A stretch of DNA of 64,000 nt from the NCBI GenBank assembly GCA_046723355.1, contig JBKOUJ010000035.1, positions 70,736 through 134,735 on the forward strand, given 5' to 3'. Numbering within the stretch: the stretch's first letter is position 1; every line of letters starts with the position of its first letter. This document shows positions 1 through 10,254 of this stretch, one piece after another. The stretch is from Actinomycetota bacterium (GTDB lineage: Bacteria > Actinomycetota > Thermoleophilia > Gaiellales > Gaiellaceae). A program made the position numbers and the translations under genes. Below the pieces are notes generated by a model. The model saw only the letters and a list, made by a program, of their open reading frames with translations, did no database searches and was not told where the DNA came from.

Positions 1-984
1 CCGCAGCCGGGTGCCCCCGCGGTGGCCGGTCGTCTGACCGAGCGCTCCAAGGGCAAGGACACGACCACGGGCCACTGGGAGCTGATGGGGATCGTCACAC
101 CGCAGGCGCTGCCGACCTATCCGCATGGGTTTCCACACGACGTGATTGATCCGTTCATGCATCGCACCGGGCGCGGCGTGCTCGGGAACAAGCCGGCTTC
201 GGGGACGGAGATCATCCAGGAGCTCGGCGAGGAGCACCAGCGCACCGGGAAGTGGATCGTCTACACCTCAGCCGACTCGGTCTTCCAGGTCGCGGCACAC
301 GAAGAGACGATTCCGCTCGAGGAGCTGTACGAAGGCTGCCGGATCGCCCGCGAGATCCTGACCGGCAAGCATGCCGTCGGGAGGGTGATCGCCCGCCCGT
401 TCGTCGGCGAGCCGGGGAACTATGTGCGAAGCGCGAACCGGCATGACTTTTCCCTGGAGCCGAAGCGGCCGAACTACCTGACGCTCGTCCGCGAGGCCGG
501 CAACGAGGTGCACGGCGTCGGCAAGATCGGGGATATCTTCGCGGGGCAGGACATCGATGCTTCGCGACCGACGCAGTCGAATATCGACGGCATCGTCCAG
601 ACCGAGACGCTGCTCAAAGAGCTCGACTCGGGCCTGATCTTCGTCAACCTGGTCGAAACCGACATGCTCTGGGGGCATCGCAACGACCCGGTCAACTTCC
701 ACCGTTGCCTACAGGATTTCGACCGTCGGCTGCCGGACCTTCTCGACGCGATGCGGCCCGGCGACCTGCTGATCCTCACGTCGGATCACGGTTGCGACCC
801 AACGACACCGTCCACCGACCATTCGCGCGAGCACGCGCTCCTGCTCGCGTACGTGGCCGGCAAGAACGCGGCGGGCCGGATCCACGAGGGCGAGTTCGCC
901 GACGTCGGCGCGACGGTGAACCTGTGGCTAGGCGGCAAAGCGCCCGGCCGCGGAATCCCTGGCGAGGCGATCCTCGAGCCTTGA
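1..984 (+). CDS. deoB: phosphopentomutase (5' end outside window)
   Basis: The frame is open from base 1. The translation contains GHWELMG, LVETDMLWGHRND and LTSDHGCDPT, typical of metal-dependent phosphopentomutase. A nucleoside phosphorylase gene follows. Confidence 0.85.
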   Translation, partial: PQPGAPAVAGRLTERSKGKDTTTGHWELMGIVTPQALPTYPHGFPHDVIDPFMHRTGRGVLGNKPASGTEIIQELGEEHQRTGKWIVYTSADSVFQVAAHEETIPLEELYEGCRIAREILTGKHAVGRVIARPFVGEPGNYVRSANRHDFSLEPKRPNYLTLVREAGNEVHGVGKIGDIFAGQDIDASRPTQSNIDGIVQTETLLKELDSGLIFVNLVETDMLWGHRNDPVNFHRCLQDFDRRLPDLLDAMRPGDLLILTSDHGCDPTTPSTDHSREHALLLAYVAGKNAAGRIHEGEFADVGATVNLWLGGKAPGRGIPGEAILEP

Positions 985-1006
985 GCAGGAACCGGCGGCC
1001 GAACCT

Positions 1007-2308
1007 TTGATCCGCGTGCCCGAGCTCATCGAGCGTAAGCGCGACGGCGGCGAGCTCACCCCCGACGAGCTGTCCGAGCTGATGATCGGCTACGCGGAAG
1101 GGACGATCCCGGACTACCAGCTCGCAGCGTTTGTGATGGCTGTCTACTTCAGAGGGCTGACGAGTGCCGAGACCTTCGCCCTGACCGACGCGCTGATCCG
1201 CACCGGCGAGACGATCGACCTCCACGGAGCGCTCGGCCGGAAGGTGGTTGACAAGCACTCGACTGGAGGGGTCGGAGACAAGACTTCGATCGCCGTCGGC
1301 CCGGTTGTCGCCGCCTGCGGCGTCCCCTTCGGGAAGATGAGCGGCCGCGGGCTGGGCCACACAGGCGGGACGCTGGACAAGCTCGAGTCGATCCCTGGCT
1401 TCCGTGTGGAGTTGACGACAGAGGAGTTCATCGAGCAGGTCCGCTCCGTCGGCCTTGCGATTGTCGGCGCGACGGCGGACCTCGTTCCGGCCGACAAGAA
1501 GCTCTATGCGCTACGTGACGTGACCGCGACCGTCGACAACTACTCGCTGATCGCCGCCAGCATCATGTCCAAGAAGATCGCCGGCGGCGCCGACGCGATC
1601 GTGCTCGACGTCAAGGTCGGTGACGGCGCCTTCATGAAGGACCGCGCGGACGCAGAGCGGCTCGCCGAGGCGATGATCGACCTGGGCCGGCATGCGGGAC
1701 GCGAGGTCGTCGCTGTGATCAGCGACATGGACGAGCCGCTCGGACAGGCCGTCGGGAATGCGCTCGAGATCCGCGAGGCGATCGCGACACTGCGCGGTGA
1801 GGGTCCGCCCGACTTCGTCGAGCTCGCCACCGAAGCGTCCGCGCGGCTTCTGGTTCTCTCCGACCTCGGCGTGTCCTACGACGAGGCGCGCCGCCGCGTG
1901 GGGCAGGCGATCGGGGACGGCTCGGCGCTGAAGGCCTATAAGCGGTGGATTGCCGCCCAGGGTGGCGATCCTGACGAGGCTGCGCTGGCCACCGCCCCGG
2001 TCGTGCGGGAGGCCAAGGCGCCGCGCGCAGGCGCTGTCACCTCGGTTGGCGCCGTCCAGGTCGGCTCTGCCGCCCTTCGTCTCGGCGCCGGTCGCCGCGC
2101 CAAGGACGATGAGATCGACCACTCGGTCGGCATCGTCCTGCGCAAGAAGCGGGGCGACGAGGTCGCTTCCGGCGACACGGTGGCCGAGATCCACGCGCGT
2201 GACGAGGCCGCGGCCGATGCCGCGATCGAGGAGGTCCTCGCGGCCTACGGGCTGGGCGAGGAGGCACCCCCGGAACGCAGCGTCATCCTTGACGTGATCG
2301 CGGGCTGA
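1007..2308 (+). CDS. pdp: pyrimidine-nucleoside (thymidine) phosphorylase
   Basis: 433 aa. N-terminus ELIERKRDGGELT, with motifs HSTGGVGDK and SGRGLGHTGGTLDKLE. TTG start at 1007; GTG at 1016 is an alternative. Confidence 0.9.
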   Translation: MIRVPELIERKRDGGELTPDELSELMIGYAEGTIPDYQLAAFVMAVYFRGLTSAETFALTDALIRTGETIDLHGALGRKVVDKHSTGGVGDKTSIAVGPVVAACGVPFGKMSGRGLGHTGGTLDKLESIPGFRVELTTEEFIEQVRSVGLAIVGATADLVPADKKLYALRDVTATVDNYSLIAASIMSKKIAGGADAIVLDVKVGDGAFMKDRADAERLAEAMIDLGRHAGREVVAVISDMDEPLGQAVGNALEIREAIATLRGEGPPDFVELATEASARLLVLSDLGVSYDEARRRVGQAIGDGSALKAYKRWIAAQGGDPDEAALATAPVVREAKAPRAGAVTSVGAVQVGSAALRLGAGRRAKDDEIDHSVGIVLRKKRGDEVASGDTVAEIHARDEAAADAAIEEVLAAYGLGEEAPPERSVILDVIAG

Positions 2309-2376
2309 GCGTCGGGCCAGCGCAGCGCCAAGGCCCGGACAGGGACGCACTACCTGCGCGGTACGCTGGCTCGGCC

Positions 2377-3198
2377 ATGCCCGAGTTGCCCGAGGTCGAG
2401 ACCGTACGTGCGGGCCTGAGCCCGAGGCTCGTCGGCCGACGCTTTGAGGACATTCGAATCCTCGACTCGCGGCTGACGCGTCCGGTCGATCCCGCAGAGG
2501 TGGCTGCGGAGCTCACAGGCGAACGGGTCCGGGCAGTCGACCGTCGCGGCAAGTATCTGATTGTGCGGTTCGAAAGCGGTCTTGTTCTCTTGATTCACCT
2601 CCGAATGACGGGGACGCTCGTGCACTCGCGAAACGGAGCTCCGGCCGAGAGCCACGTGCGAGCTGTTGTCAGGTTAGACGACGGCTCGGACGTCGTCTAT
2701 CGCGACATCAGGCGCTTCGGAACCTGGCTCGTGCTCCGAGCCGACGAGCTCGATGCGTACCTGGCCGCCCGGCTCGGCCGCGAGCCGCTTGAGGCATCGT
2801 TTGCGGCCCGTGATCTGGGCGAGCGGCTCGCAGCCCGAAAGCTGCCGCTGAAGGCGGCGCTACTCGACCAGCGAACCGTGGCCGGCGTCGGAAACATCTA
2901 CGCGGACGAGGCGCTCTGGCGTGCCCGGCTTCACCCGGCGCGTCCGGCGGGCGAGCTCGACACTCGTGAGCTCCGGGCGCTTCACCGCGGGCTTCGGGGG
3001 GCGCTCGAGGCCGGTATCGAGCGCCAAGGGGCCACGCTTCGCGACTACCGCACTCCGGACGGGATCGCGGGCACGATGCAGCATGAGTTCAACGTGTACG
3101 GCCGGGCGGGCGAGCCTTGTCCGCGCTGCGGGACACCGATCGCGAAGACGCGTCTCGGCGGGCGCGGGACCTGGTTCTGCCCCGGCTGTCAGCGCTAG
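2377..3198 (+). CDS. mutM: formamidopyrimidine-DNA glycosylase
   Basis: 273 aa starting MPELPEVE. C-terminal zinc finger CPRCGTPI...FCPGCQ. The stop TAG (3196-3198) lies inside the CTAG that flanks the repeat element. Confidence 0.9.
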   Translation: MPELPEVETVRAGLSPRLVGRRFEDIRILDSRLTRPVDPAEVAAELTGERVRAVDRRGKYLIVRFESGLVLLIHLRMTGTLVHSRNGAPAESHVRAVVRLDDGSDVVYRDIRRFGTWLVLRADELDAYLAARLGREPLEASFAARDLGERLAARKLPLKAALLDQRTVAGVGNIYADEALWRARLHPARPAGELDTRELRALHRGLRGALEAGIERQGATLRDYRTPDGIAGTMQHEFNVYGRAGEPCPRCGTPIAKTRLGGRGTWFCPGCQR

Positions 3199-3366
3199 GA
3201 GGGTTTGGCGTAAAGCCGCTCTCGACGGCGTGCGATGGTCGATCGCTGACAAGGACGCAGGAAGCGTCAATAGCCAAAGCTATTGGCGCGACTGCGTAAC
3301 CAGGGCGGACGCCGGTGCGAGCAGCGTGCGCCGGCGGCACAGACTGCTTTGCGCCGAACCTCCTAG
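3195..3366. mobile_element. MITE-like / structured inverted-repeat element, copy 1 (172 nt)
   Basis: Homologous over its full length to 23890-24070. Termini CTAGGAGGGTTTGGCG and CGCCGAACCTCCTAG are inverted repeats, with CTAG on both flanks. The 75-nt core 3252-3326 is 73/75 identical to copy 2. It contains hairpin CAATAGC-CAAA-GCTATTG nested in ACGCAG...CTGCGT. Confidence 0.6.
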
Positions 3367-3368
3367 GC

Positions 3369-3623
3369 TTAGGCGGCCAGTTGCTCGGCGAGGCGGCCGC
3401 TCTTGTCGAGCCGCCACAGCTCGGTGTAACCGCCGATCGGTTTGCCGTCGACAAGGATCTGGGGCACCGTCCAGCCGCCCGTGAGGTCGAGGAGCTTCTG
3501 TCGGAAGTGCGCATCGTTGTCGAGGTTGATCTCCTCGTAGGCGATCCCGCGGGAGTCGAGGAGGGCTTTCGCGCGCACGCAGTAGCCGCACCAGGCGGTC
3601 GTATAGATCTGCACTCGTGCCAC
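3369..3623 (-). CDS. glutaredoxin-family protein (CGYC active site)
   Basis: VQIYTTAWCGYC...TVPQILVDGKPIGG. The ORF-track start at 3710 would overlap recO. GTG at 3623 gives a typical 84 aa. Confidence 0.8.
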   Translation of the reverse strand: MARVQIYTTAWCGYCVRAKALLDSRGIAYEEINLDNDAHFRQKLLDLTGGWTVPQILVDGKPIGGYTELWRLDKSGRLAEQLAA

Positions 3624-3690
3624 GGTCGTTTCCAACGAAGACCTGCGCGCGGGATTCCCGACACGTCGCATCCCTACACTTGGTGAGGCG

Positions 3691-4440
3691 GTGGCCGGGC
3701 GAACGTACAAGACCGAGGCGGTCGTCCTGCGCTCGTTCCGCCTCGGCGAGGCAGATCGGGTGCTGCACCTCTATACGCTCGATCGCGGTCGCGTCGGAGC
3801 AGTTGCGAAGGGCATCCGCCGGACGAAGTCGCGCTTCGGCGCGAGGCTCGAGCCGCTCAGCCACGTTGAACTGCTCCTCCACCAGGGCTCGGGCGAGCTG
3901 CAGACGGTCACGGGTGTCGAGCTGGTCCGGTCGCACCACGAGGCGCGCGAGGATTCGCGTCAGCTCAACGTCGGGCTTGTCGGTCTCGAGGCGATGCTTC
4001 GCCTCTTCACCGAGCAAGAGGCAAATCCGCGCGCGTTTCGCGCCTTGACGCGATTCCTGGACCTCCTCGACGAACAGCCGCCGACGACAACGTCGGCTCG
4101 GGCCGCGCTCGACCCGCTAGCGCTGTCCTTCCAGCTGAAGCTCCTCTGGCTGTCGGGCTACCTCCCGCACGTGACGAGCTGTGCGGAGTGCGGGGCCGAC
4201 GCGGGCCTCGTCGGCTATTCGGCGCGAGCCGGCGGCGCAGTCTGCCTGAGTTGCCGCGACGAGACGACATTGTCGCTCGGCCCCGACAGCCTCGCCGGAA
4301 TCGAGGAGCTCCTCAGGCGGCCCCTGTCCGAGGCCCACGCCGCCGGCCTGAACGGGCGCGCCGCAAGGGACGCGCTCGCCGTCGTGAACGCGTCGCACGA
4401 GTATCACGGGGGTTTCCGGCTGCGGACGCTGTCGGCCTGA
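3691..4440 (+). CDS. recO: DNA repair protein RecO
   Basis: 249 aa. N-terminal OB-fold region EAVVLRSFRLGEADRVLHLYT and C-terminal Cys cluster CAECG...CLSC. GTG start. Confidence 0.9.
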   Translation: MAGRTYKTEAVVLRSFRLGEADRVLHLYTLDRGRVGAVAKGIRRTKSRFGARLEPLSHVELLLHQGSGELQTVTGVELVRSHHEAREDSRQLNVGLVGLEAMLRLFTEQEANPRAFRALTRFLDLLDEQPPTTTSARAALDPLALSFQLKLLWLSGYLPHVTSCAECGADAGLVGYSARAGGAVCLSCRDETTLSLGPDSLAGIEELLRRPLSEAHAAGLNGRAARDALAVVNASHEYHGGFRLRTLSA

Positions 4441-4594
4441 CCACGATCTCGGCGTGTCGGCAAGTGAGCGCGCTTGGTAAGGCACAGCCAACCTCCTCCC
4501 CGCGTCGAGCCTATTGAGTAAATGCGGCCGAGTGGGTAACCCGGCAGCGCCGGAAGTGTGACTTCCTCGCAGGCCCGCTGCGAGACTCCGCCGG

Positions 4595-5020
4595 GTGAAG
4601 CACGCCCTCGGCGAAGGCTACGAGCTCGACGACGACCGCGACCGAATCGACCTCGCAGCCGTCCACGCGTACATCGCGAACGAGTCGTACTGGGCGCCAG
4701 GCAGACCGCTCGAGACCCAGGCCGCGATGAACGAGGCCGCGGCGCGCCTTGTCGGTCTCTACAAGGACGGGCGTCAGGTCGGCTTCACGCGTACCGCTCT
4801 GGTCGCCGGTATGCGCGTCGCCTACCTATACGACGTCTACGTCCTCGAAGAGCACCGCGGTCGCGGGCTCGGCGAGGCGCTCGTCCGCGAGACGGTCGAC
4901 CGTGGCCCCTACGCGAGCTATCGCTGGCTGCTCGACACGACTGACGCGCACGGGCTCTATGCGAAGTTCGGCTTCCGTGGGGCCGGCGAACGGCTGATGC
5001 AACGGCCGCTCGCGGATTAG
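4595..5020 (+). CDS. GNAT family N-acetyltransferase
   Basis: 141 aa. Acetyl-CoA binding motif region VLEEHRGRGLGEALV...YAKFGF. Confidence 0.8.
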   Translation: MKHALGEGYELDDDRDRIDLAAVHAYIANESYWAPGRPLETQAAMNEAAARLVGLYKDGRQVGFTRTALVAGMRVAYLYDVYVLEEHRGRGLGEALVRETVDRGPYASYRWLLDTTDAHGLYAKFGFRGAGERLMQRPLAD

Positions 5021-5028
5021 CCAACCGA

Positions 5029-5460
5029 CTAGTCGCCCGCGTCTTCGTCCTCGCCGTCCCGGATGTCTTCGGCGACGAGCTCCTTGAACGGCTTGAGCTT
5101 CTCGAAGAACCGCTCGGGCGGGACACTCCGCTTCGGGCTCTCCCCGAGCAACCAGGGCGCTGCGTCGACCGCCGTTCGCCACGCGACCTCCTCGGCTTCC
5201 CGCCCACCGCCCCCGTTCGAGCTCGGCTCGTCGTCCTCCAGCGGCTCCACCCTGTCGAGGTACACGTTCGTGAAGCCGTTCCGCTCCTGTTCGTGGAACT
5301 CGATCCGGGCACGACCGCCCTCCGCGGCGAGCGCCTGCCGCGCGATGGCCTCGCGAAATGTCGTGTACTCGTCCCCGTCGTCGTCCTTGAGCACGAACCG
5401 CGTGTTCCCGGACTTCGTCTTGAAGGCCATGACCTCGCTGACGTGAACTTCCTTCTCCAT
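5029..5460 (-). CDS. hypothetical protein with acidic C-terminus
   Basis: The ORF has coding-like GC3. I recognise no family. Start is uncertain: ATG 5460, ATG 5430 or GTG 5496. Confidence 0.5.
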   Translation of the reverse strand: MEKEVHVSEVMAFKTKSGNTRFVLKDDDGDEYTTFREAIARQALAAEGGRARIEFHEQERNGFTNVYLDRVEPLEDDEPSSNGGGGREAEEVAWRTAVDAAPWLLGESPKRSVPPERFFEKLKPFKELVAEDIRDGEDEDAGD

Positions 5461-5506
5461 CTGGGAGCGAGATACCCATCGCGCCAAATGCGACACTCCC
5501 GAGGCC

Positions 5507-6370
5507 GTGAACTACCAGGAGATGATCATGGCCCTCGAGGGGTACTGGGCCGACTACGGGTGCGTCGTCATGCAGCCGTACCACACCGAGCTCGCGGCGG
5601 GAACGATGAATCCGGCTACGTTCCTGCGCTGTCTCGGCCGGAAGCCGTGGAACGTGGCGTACGTGGAGCCTGTGATCCGGCCGCTTGACGGCCGCTACGG
5701 CGAGAACCCGTTCCGCTTTCAGCACTACTTCCAGTACCAGGTCGTGCTCAAGCCGACGCCGGCGAACGTCCTCGACCTCTACTGGGCCTCGCTCGAGGCG
5801 CTCGGTATCGACCTGCGCAGGCACGATATGCGGCTGGTCGAGGACGACTGGGAGCAGCCGACGCTCGGCGCCTGGGGGCTCGGCTGGGAGGTCTGGTGCG
5901 ACGGAATGGAGATCACGCAGTGGACCTACTTCCAGCAGCTGGGCGGCTTCGATGTCGAGCTCGTACCCGCCGAGATGACCTACGGCCTCGAGCGCCTGGC
6001 GATGTTCCTGCAGGGCAAGCGAACGGCCTTCGAGCTCGAGTGGGCACCCGACGTGACGTGGGGCGACGTCTACCGTGAAGCCGAGCGCGAATGGTCGCGG
6101 TACAACTTCGAAGAGGCGCCCGTCGACGTGCTCACACGCCGCTTCGGCGAGTACGAGGCGGAGTGCCGACACCTGCTCGAGCGTGGGTTGACGATCCCCG
6201 CCTATGACCTCGTCCTGAAGTGCTCGCACACGTTCAACCTGCTCGATGCCCGCGGCGCGATCTCGGTGACCGAGCGGGCGGCCTACATCGGCCGCGTCCG
6301 CAGGCTCGCGCGCGGCGTCGCCGAGGCGTACCTCGCGGCCGAGGAAAAAGATGCCGTCGTTGCTGCTTGA
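5507..6370 (+). CDS. glyQ: glycine--tRNA ligase alpha subunit
   Basis: 287 aa. The sequence [34 protein letters not shown] is highly characteristic. Confidence 0.95.
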   Translation: MNYQEMIMALEGYWADYGCVVMQPYHTELAAGTMNPATFLRCLGRKPWNVAYVEPVIRPLDGRYGENPFRFQHYFQYQVVLKPTPANVLDLYWASLEALGIDLRRHDMRLVEDDWEQPTLGAWGLGWEVWCDGMEITQWTYFQQLGGFDVELVPAEMTYGLERLAMFLQGKRTAFELEWAPDVTWGDVYREAEREWSRYNFEEAPVDVLTRRFGEYEAECRHLLERGLTIPAYDLVLKCSHTFNLLDARGAISVTERAAYIGRVRRLARGVAEAYLAAEEKDAVVAA

Positions 6371-8198
6371 GATCGGCGCCGAGGAGCTTCCGGCCGCGGC
6401 GTGCTACGAAGCCGAGGCCCAATTGCCCGAGCTCGTGCGCGCGCATCTCGGCGTCGCGGCGGCCGAGCTCTTCATCGGGCCGCGGCGGATCGGCTTCCTT
6501 GCCGAGGATCTCTCCGAGCGAACCGAGGACGAGTGGGTCAAGGGACCGCCCGAGAAGCTTCGCGACCGGGCGGCAGCCGGTTTCGCCAAGAGGCACGGCG
6601 TGAGCGTGAGGGAGCTCGAGGTTCGCGACGGATTCCTTGGGGTCACGGTCCAGGGACAAGAGCTTCGCGCCGTCCTCCCCGAGCAGATCGACCGGATCGT
6701 CCGCGGTTTCTCGTTCGCGAAGTCGCTGCGCTGGGACGACACGGGTTTGCGCTTCGCGCGGCCGGTGCGCTGGCTGCTGGCGAAGCTCGACGACGAGACG
6801 ATCGTCGGAAAGACCAGCTACGGGCACCGCTTTACCCACGGCCCGGTCGAGATCCCGAGCGCCGCTGCCTACGTCGAGGCGCTGCGCGCCGCAGACGTAG
6901 AGCCGGTTGCCGAGGAGCGGCGCAACCAGATCGTCGCGGGGCTCGACGCCTTCGGCGATTGGAGCGACCCCGGCGGCAAGCTCGCCGAGGTCGTCCATCT
7001 CGCCGAGAAGCCGCATGTGCTCGAGGGCCGTTTCGACGAGCGGTTCCTTCAGCTCCCCGAGCGCGTGATCGTGACGACGATGCAGTCGCACCAGCGCTAT
7101 TTCCCGATCGAGGCCAACCGGTTCGCCATCGTTTCGAACGGCGGAGATCCAGATGTCGTCGCGGGCGGGCACACGCAGGTCCTCGAGGCCCGCCTCGAGG
7201 ACGCGACGTTCACGTTCGAGCGCGACGTCGCTGTCGGGATCGATGCGCTGGCCGACCGGCTCGGCTCGATCACCTTCTTCGCAGGCGCGGGCACGTTCGC
7301 GGAGAAGGCCGAACGGGTCGCGAAGCTCGTGGAGCGGCTCGGCGGCGGCGAAGCCTCCTTCGAGGCCGCTCGCCTTGCGAAGGCCGACCAGGCGTCCGAG
7401 CTCGTGCGCGAGTTCCCGGAGCTCGAGGGCTACATCGGCGCGGAGTACGCACGGCTCGCGGGCTACCCCGACGCGGTCACGGCGGCGATCGAGGAGCAGT
7501 ACCTGCCCGACGCGGCCGGCGGGCCGCTCCCTCGCACGGAGCCGGGCAAGGTTCTCGCCGCCGCCGACAAGCTCGACACGCTGCGCGTGGCCTTCGAGCT
7601 CGGACACAGGCCGTCCGGGTCGCGCGATCCATACGGCCTCCGCCGCGCCGCGATCGGTCTCGCCCGGCTCGCGCTCGAGGGGGGCCTGACGATCGACCGC
7701 GGGCTCCTTTCCGAGGACGTGCGCGACTTCGTGGAGGAGCGCCTCGAGTCGATGCTCGACGTCCCGGTCGAGTACGTGCGCGCGGCACGCGCGTCGACCG
7801 CGCCCGACCTCGGGAGCCTCGCGCGCCGCGCTGAGGAGCTGTATGGCGAGCGCGAGACGCCCGAGTTCGAGGGCGTGTACACCGCGTATGACCGGGCCCA
7901 CCGCCTTGCAGGGAGGGCGCAAGCCCAGGCGGCGCCGCAGCTCGACCGCACGCTGCTCGTCGAAGACGCCGAGAAAGCACTGGCAGAGGAGCTCGCGCAG
8001 GTCGCGATCGACGGCGACGGGGACATCAAGGCGGACCTCGAGTCCGGCGCCCGGCTCGCGCCAGTGATGGAGCGGTTCTTCGAGGAGGTGCTGGTGATGG
8101 CCGAGGACGAGGCCGTCCGCGCCAACCGGCTGCGCCTCCTCCTCGACGTCCGCGACACGCTCGGCGCTCTCGCGGACTTCTCGCAGATCCCGCGCTAG
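6351..8198 (+). CDS. glyS: glycine--tRNA ligase beta subunit
   Basis: 615 aa starting [15 protein letters not shown]. Overlaps glyQ by 20 nt. Shorter than many GlyS proteins. Confidence 0.9.
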   Translation: MPSLLLEIGAEELPAAACYEAEAQLPELVRAHLGVAAAELFIGPRRIGFLAEDLSERTEDEWVKGPPEKLRDRAAAGFAKRHGVSVRELEVRDGFLGVTVQGQELRAVLPEQIDRIVRGFSFAKSLRWDDTGLRFARPVRWLLAKLDDETIVGKTSYGHRFTHGPVEIPSAAAYVEALRAADVEPVAEERRNQIVAGLDAFGDWSDPGGKLAEVVHLAEKPHVLEGRFDERFLQLPERVIVTTMQSHQRYFPIEANRFAIVSNGGDPDVVAGGHTQVLEARLEDATFTFERDVAVGIDALADRLGSITFFAGAGTFAEKAERVAKLVERLGGGEASFEAARLAKADQASELVREFPELEGYIGAEYARLAGYPDAVTAAIEEQYLPDAAGGPLPRTEPGKVLAAADKLDTLRVAFELGHRPSGSRDPYGLRRAAIGLARLALEGGLTIDRGLLSEDVRDFVEERLESMLDVPVEYVRAARASTAPDLGSLARRAEELYGERETPEFEGVYTAYDRAHRLAGRAQAQAAPQLDRTLLVEDAEKALAEELAQVAIDGDGDIKADLESGARLAPVMERFFEEVLVMAEDEAVRANRLRLLLDVRDTLGALADFSQIPR

Positions 8199-9352
8199 TA
8201 GGACCCTGCGGGAATGCTGAGGCGCCCTGAGCGGTCGATTGCCGCGAGCGGAACGCCGATCGTATTCAGCCGGACGATCCTCAGCAGAGTTCCATCGGCG
8301 CGTCGGAAGACGAACTGCCCCGTTTGTGCAATGGGATACGCGAACCACCGGCCGGCCGGATCGCAAACGACCGGCAGCTTGAAGTAGCGGGCGAGGATGC
8401 GACCCGAGCCGGCCAGCGGAAACCGGCGGAGCACGATGACCGCCCGGCCCGTCGCGCCGACAGTGAGGACGCCCTGACTGCCACTCCACTCGAGCAGGTG
8501 GCCCGGGACTACGCGGATCAGCCGTCCACTCAGGCGGAAGATGCCGGTCTTGTCGCCGAGCGAGACCGCGACGAGGCGACCGTCCGCGCTGAAGTCGATC
8601 TCCTTGCCATAGCGGATGTTCGGCCGCGGGCCGAGCTTCCCGACCAGGCCGGACGCGATCTGCCGGTGGCCGACCCAAAGGTCGTCGCCGCGAAGGAACC
8701 CGAGGGTGCCGTTCGGCGCCCAGGCGAACGAGCGATCGTGGTTGCTCGGCACGGGCGTCTGGTCGTCGACAACGGTCGCGAGCCCTCCGTTGCGATACAG
8801 GCGAAGCCTCCATTCGCCGGGCGCGGTTTGGATGAAGTACGCGAACTGCCGGTCGGTGGGAGCGGGGAGCGGGCATTCCGAGGTCGTGAACGTGCCGGAC
8901 TCGATCGCCTGCGCCTGTCCAGGATGAGCGACATCGGCGAGCCAGAGCGTCCCCTCGATCCGGAAGTAGGCGAGCTGCGGCGAGGGCTGGGTAAGCACGA
9001 CCCTGCCGCTGACGTACGCAACCTGCGATCCGTCTGCCGAGAACGCTGCGCACTGGGTGCCACCGTCCGACTGCGGGAGCCGGACGCGCGTCGTGCCTCT
9101 TGCGAGATAGAGGAGACTGTTCTCGCAGCGGTTGGCGGCAAGGAACCCGACAGCCGTGCCGTCGGCCGCGACTGCGAAGGGGCAGATGTCCGTACCGACG
9201 AGCTTGTGTACAGGCCCCTTCGGGCCAAGCCGGTAGACGCCGCGATAATTCTTCGAAAGCAGCACGCCCTGCGCCGTCGCCTGCGGCTGAGCGCTGGCCC
9301 CCGACGCGAGCGCCAAGACGGCGAAGGCCGTGCCGACCGCGAGCTTTCTCAC
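8195..9352 (-). CDS. secreted hypothetical protein, beta-propeller-like
   Basis: Signal peptide MRKLAVGTAFAVLALASGASA. Repetitive beta-strand-rich sequence. The TolB-like fold is only a guess. Confidence 0.6.
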   Translation of the reverse strand: MRKLAVGTAFAVLALASGASAQPQATAQGVLLSKNYRGVYRLGPKGPVHKLVGTDICPFAVAADGTAVGFLAANRCENSLLYLARGTTRVRLPQSDGGTQCAAFSADGSQVAYVSGRVVLTQPSPQLAYFRIEGTLWLADVAHPGQAQAIESGTFTTSECPLPAPTDRQFAYFIQTAPGEWRLRLYRNGGLATVVDDQTPVPSNHDRSFAWAPNGTLGFLRGDDLWVGHRQIASGLVGKLGPRPNIRYGKEIDFSADGRLVAVSLGDKTGIFRLSGRLIRVVPGHLLEWSGSQGVLTVGATGRAVIVLRRFPLAGSGRILARYFKLPVVCDPAGRWFAYPIAQTGQFVFRRADGTLLRIVRLNTIGVPLAAIDRSGRLSIPAGSY

Positions 9353-9420
9353 GACCCAAGTTTGCTTCCACGCTGCAAAAGGCGCAAAGCCTAGGGCTGT
9401 CCACGCTACGCTCAGCGCCG

Positions 9421-10254
9421 ATGCCGAAGCCCCCTGTAGAGCTCCACGTCGTCTCCGATTCGACCGGCGAGACGGCGACGCGACTCGTGCACGCGCTCGA
9501 GGCGCAGTTTCCCGACCAGGAGTTCGAGGAGATCCGGCACCCGCGCGTCGAGACCGTTGACGACCTCCGCCTCGCCGTCGAGCGGGCGAAGGGACGCCCG
9601 GCGGTCGTGATCTACACGCTCGTCGAGCCAGAGCTCCGCGAGCAGATGCGCGTCCTCTGCCGACGCGCGCGGCTCCACTACTGCGACCTGTTGGGCCACC
9701 CGATCGACGCGGTGGCGCGGGTCTCCGGGCACGCGGCGCAGATGACTCCGGGCGCGCGGGCGCCGCTCGATTCGACGTACTTCAAGCGCATCGCGGCAAT
9801 CGAGTTCGCCGTCAAGTTCGACGACGGCATGGGCAACGGCCTGCACGAGGCCGACATCGTCCTCGTCGGCGTCTCGCGGACGTCGAAGACGCCGCTGTCG
9901 ATGTACCTCGGGTACCTCGGCTACAAGACCGCGAACGTCCCGATCGTCAAGGGGATCGAGCCAGCCCCTGCGCTCTTCGAGATCGACCCGCTCAAGATCG
10001 TCGGCCTCACGATCGAAGCGGGGCGGCTCGCCGAGGTCCGCGAGCAGCGGGCACGGCGGCTCGGCGGCAACAACCGCCGCTACGCGCAGCTCGTCGCCAT
10101 CTACGACGAGCTCGAGGCCGCGGAAGCCGTCCACCGACGGCTCGGCTGCCCGGTGATCGAGATCTCGGAGCTCTCGATCGAGGAGACCGCGGCGCGCGTG
10201 ATCCGGCTGATCGAACAACGACGCGCGGCCGGCGCGGCCGCCACGACCGTATGA
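9421..10254 (+). CDS. pyruvate, phosphate dikinase regulatory protein (DUF299 kinase/pyrophosphorylase)
   Basis: LHVVSDSTGETA...VLVGVSRTSKTPLSMYL, located directly upstream of ppdK. ATG 9421 was chosen because the upstream part of ORF 9100..10254 is Arg-rich and overlaps the divergent gene. Confidence 0.9.
   Translation: MPKPPVELHVVSDSTGETATRLVHALEAQFPDQEFEEIRHPRVETVDDLRLAVERAKGRPAVVIYTLVEPELREQMRVLCRRARLHYCDLLGHPIDAVARVSGHAAQMTPGARAPLDSTYFKRIAAIEFAVKFDDGMGNGLHEADIVLVGVSRTSKTPLSMYLGYLGYKTANVPIVKGIEPAPALFEIDPLKIVGLTIEAGRLAEVREQRARRLGGNNRRYAQLVAIYDELEAAEAVHRRLGCPVIEISELSIEETAARVIRLIEQRRAAGAAATTV

Noticed and set aside
3117-3299. A shared peptide ending RTQ(E/G)ASIAKAIGATA*, encoded by both copies of the repeat element and preceded by AGGAGG.
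   Set aside because: In copy 1 the TTG after the AGGAGG is followed at once by a stop (TTG GCG TAA). The SD-to-TTG spacing is only 2 nt in both copies. The shared peptide simply reflects the 97% identical core, so there is no conserved ORF.
5497-5506. A T-box or other riboswitch leader upstream of glyQS.
   Set aside because: The spacer before glyQ is only tens of nucleotides and contains no T-box consensus.
6234-9404. Very long antisense or alternative-frame ORFs: 6234-9404 minus (1056 aa), 29712-32174 minus (820 aa), 20853-22916 plus (687 aa), 40453-41931 minus and 49594-51102 minus.
   Set aside because: They are Arg/Ala/Pro/Gly-rich low-complexity translations that lie opposite or out of frame to clearly recognisable housekeeping genes. 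This is the expected stop-codon-poor artefact of a roughly 70% GC genome.
9100-9420. N-terminal extensions suggested by the ORF track for the PPDK regulatory protein (9100), the class V aminotransferase (24743), proS (49540), murA (27194) and the glutaredoxin (3710).
   Set aside because: The extensions are Arg/Pro-rich, overlap neighbouring genes, and precede an internal start that matches the usual family N-terminus.
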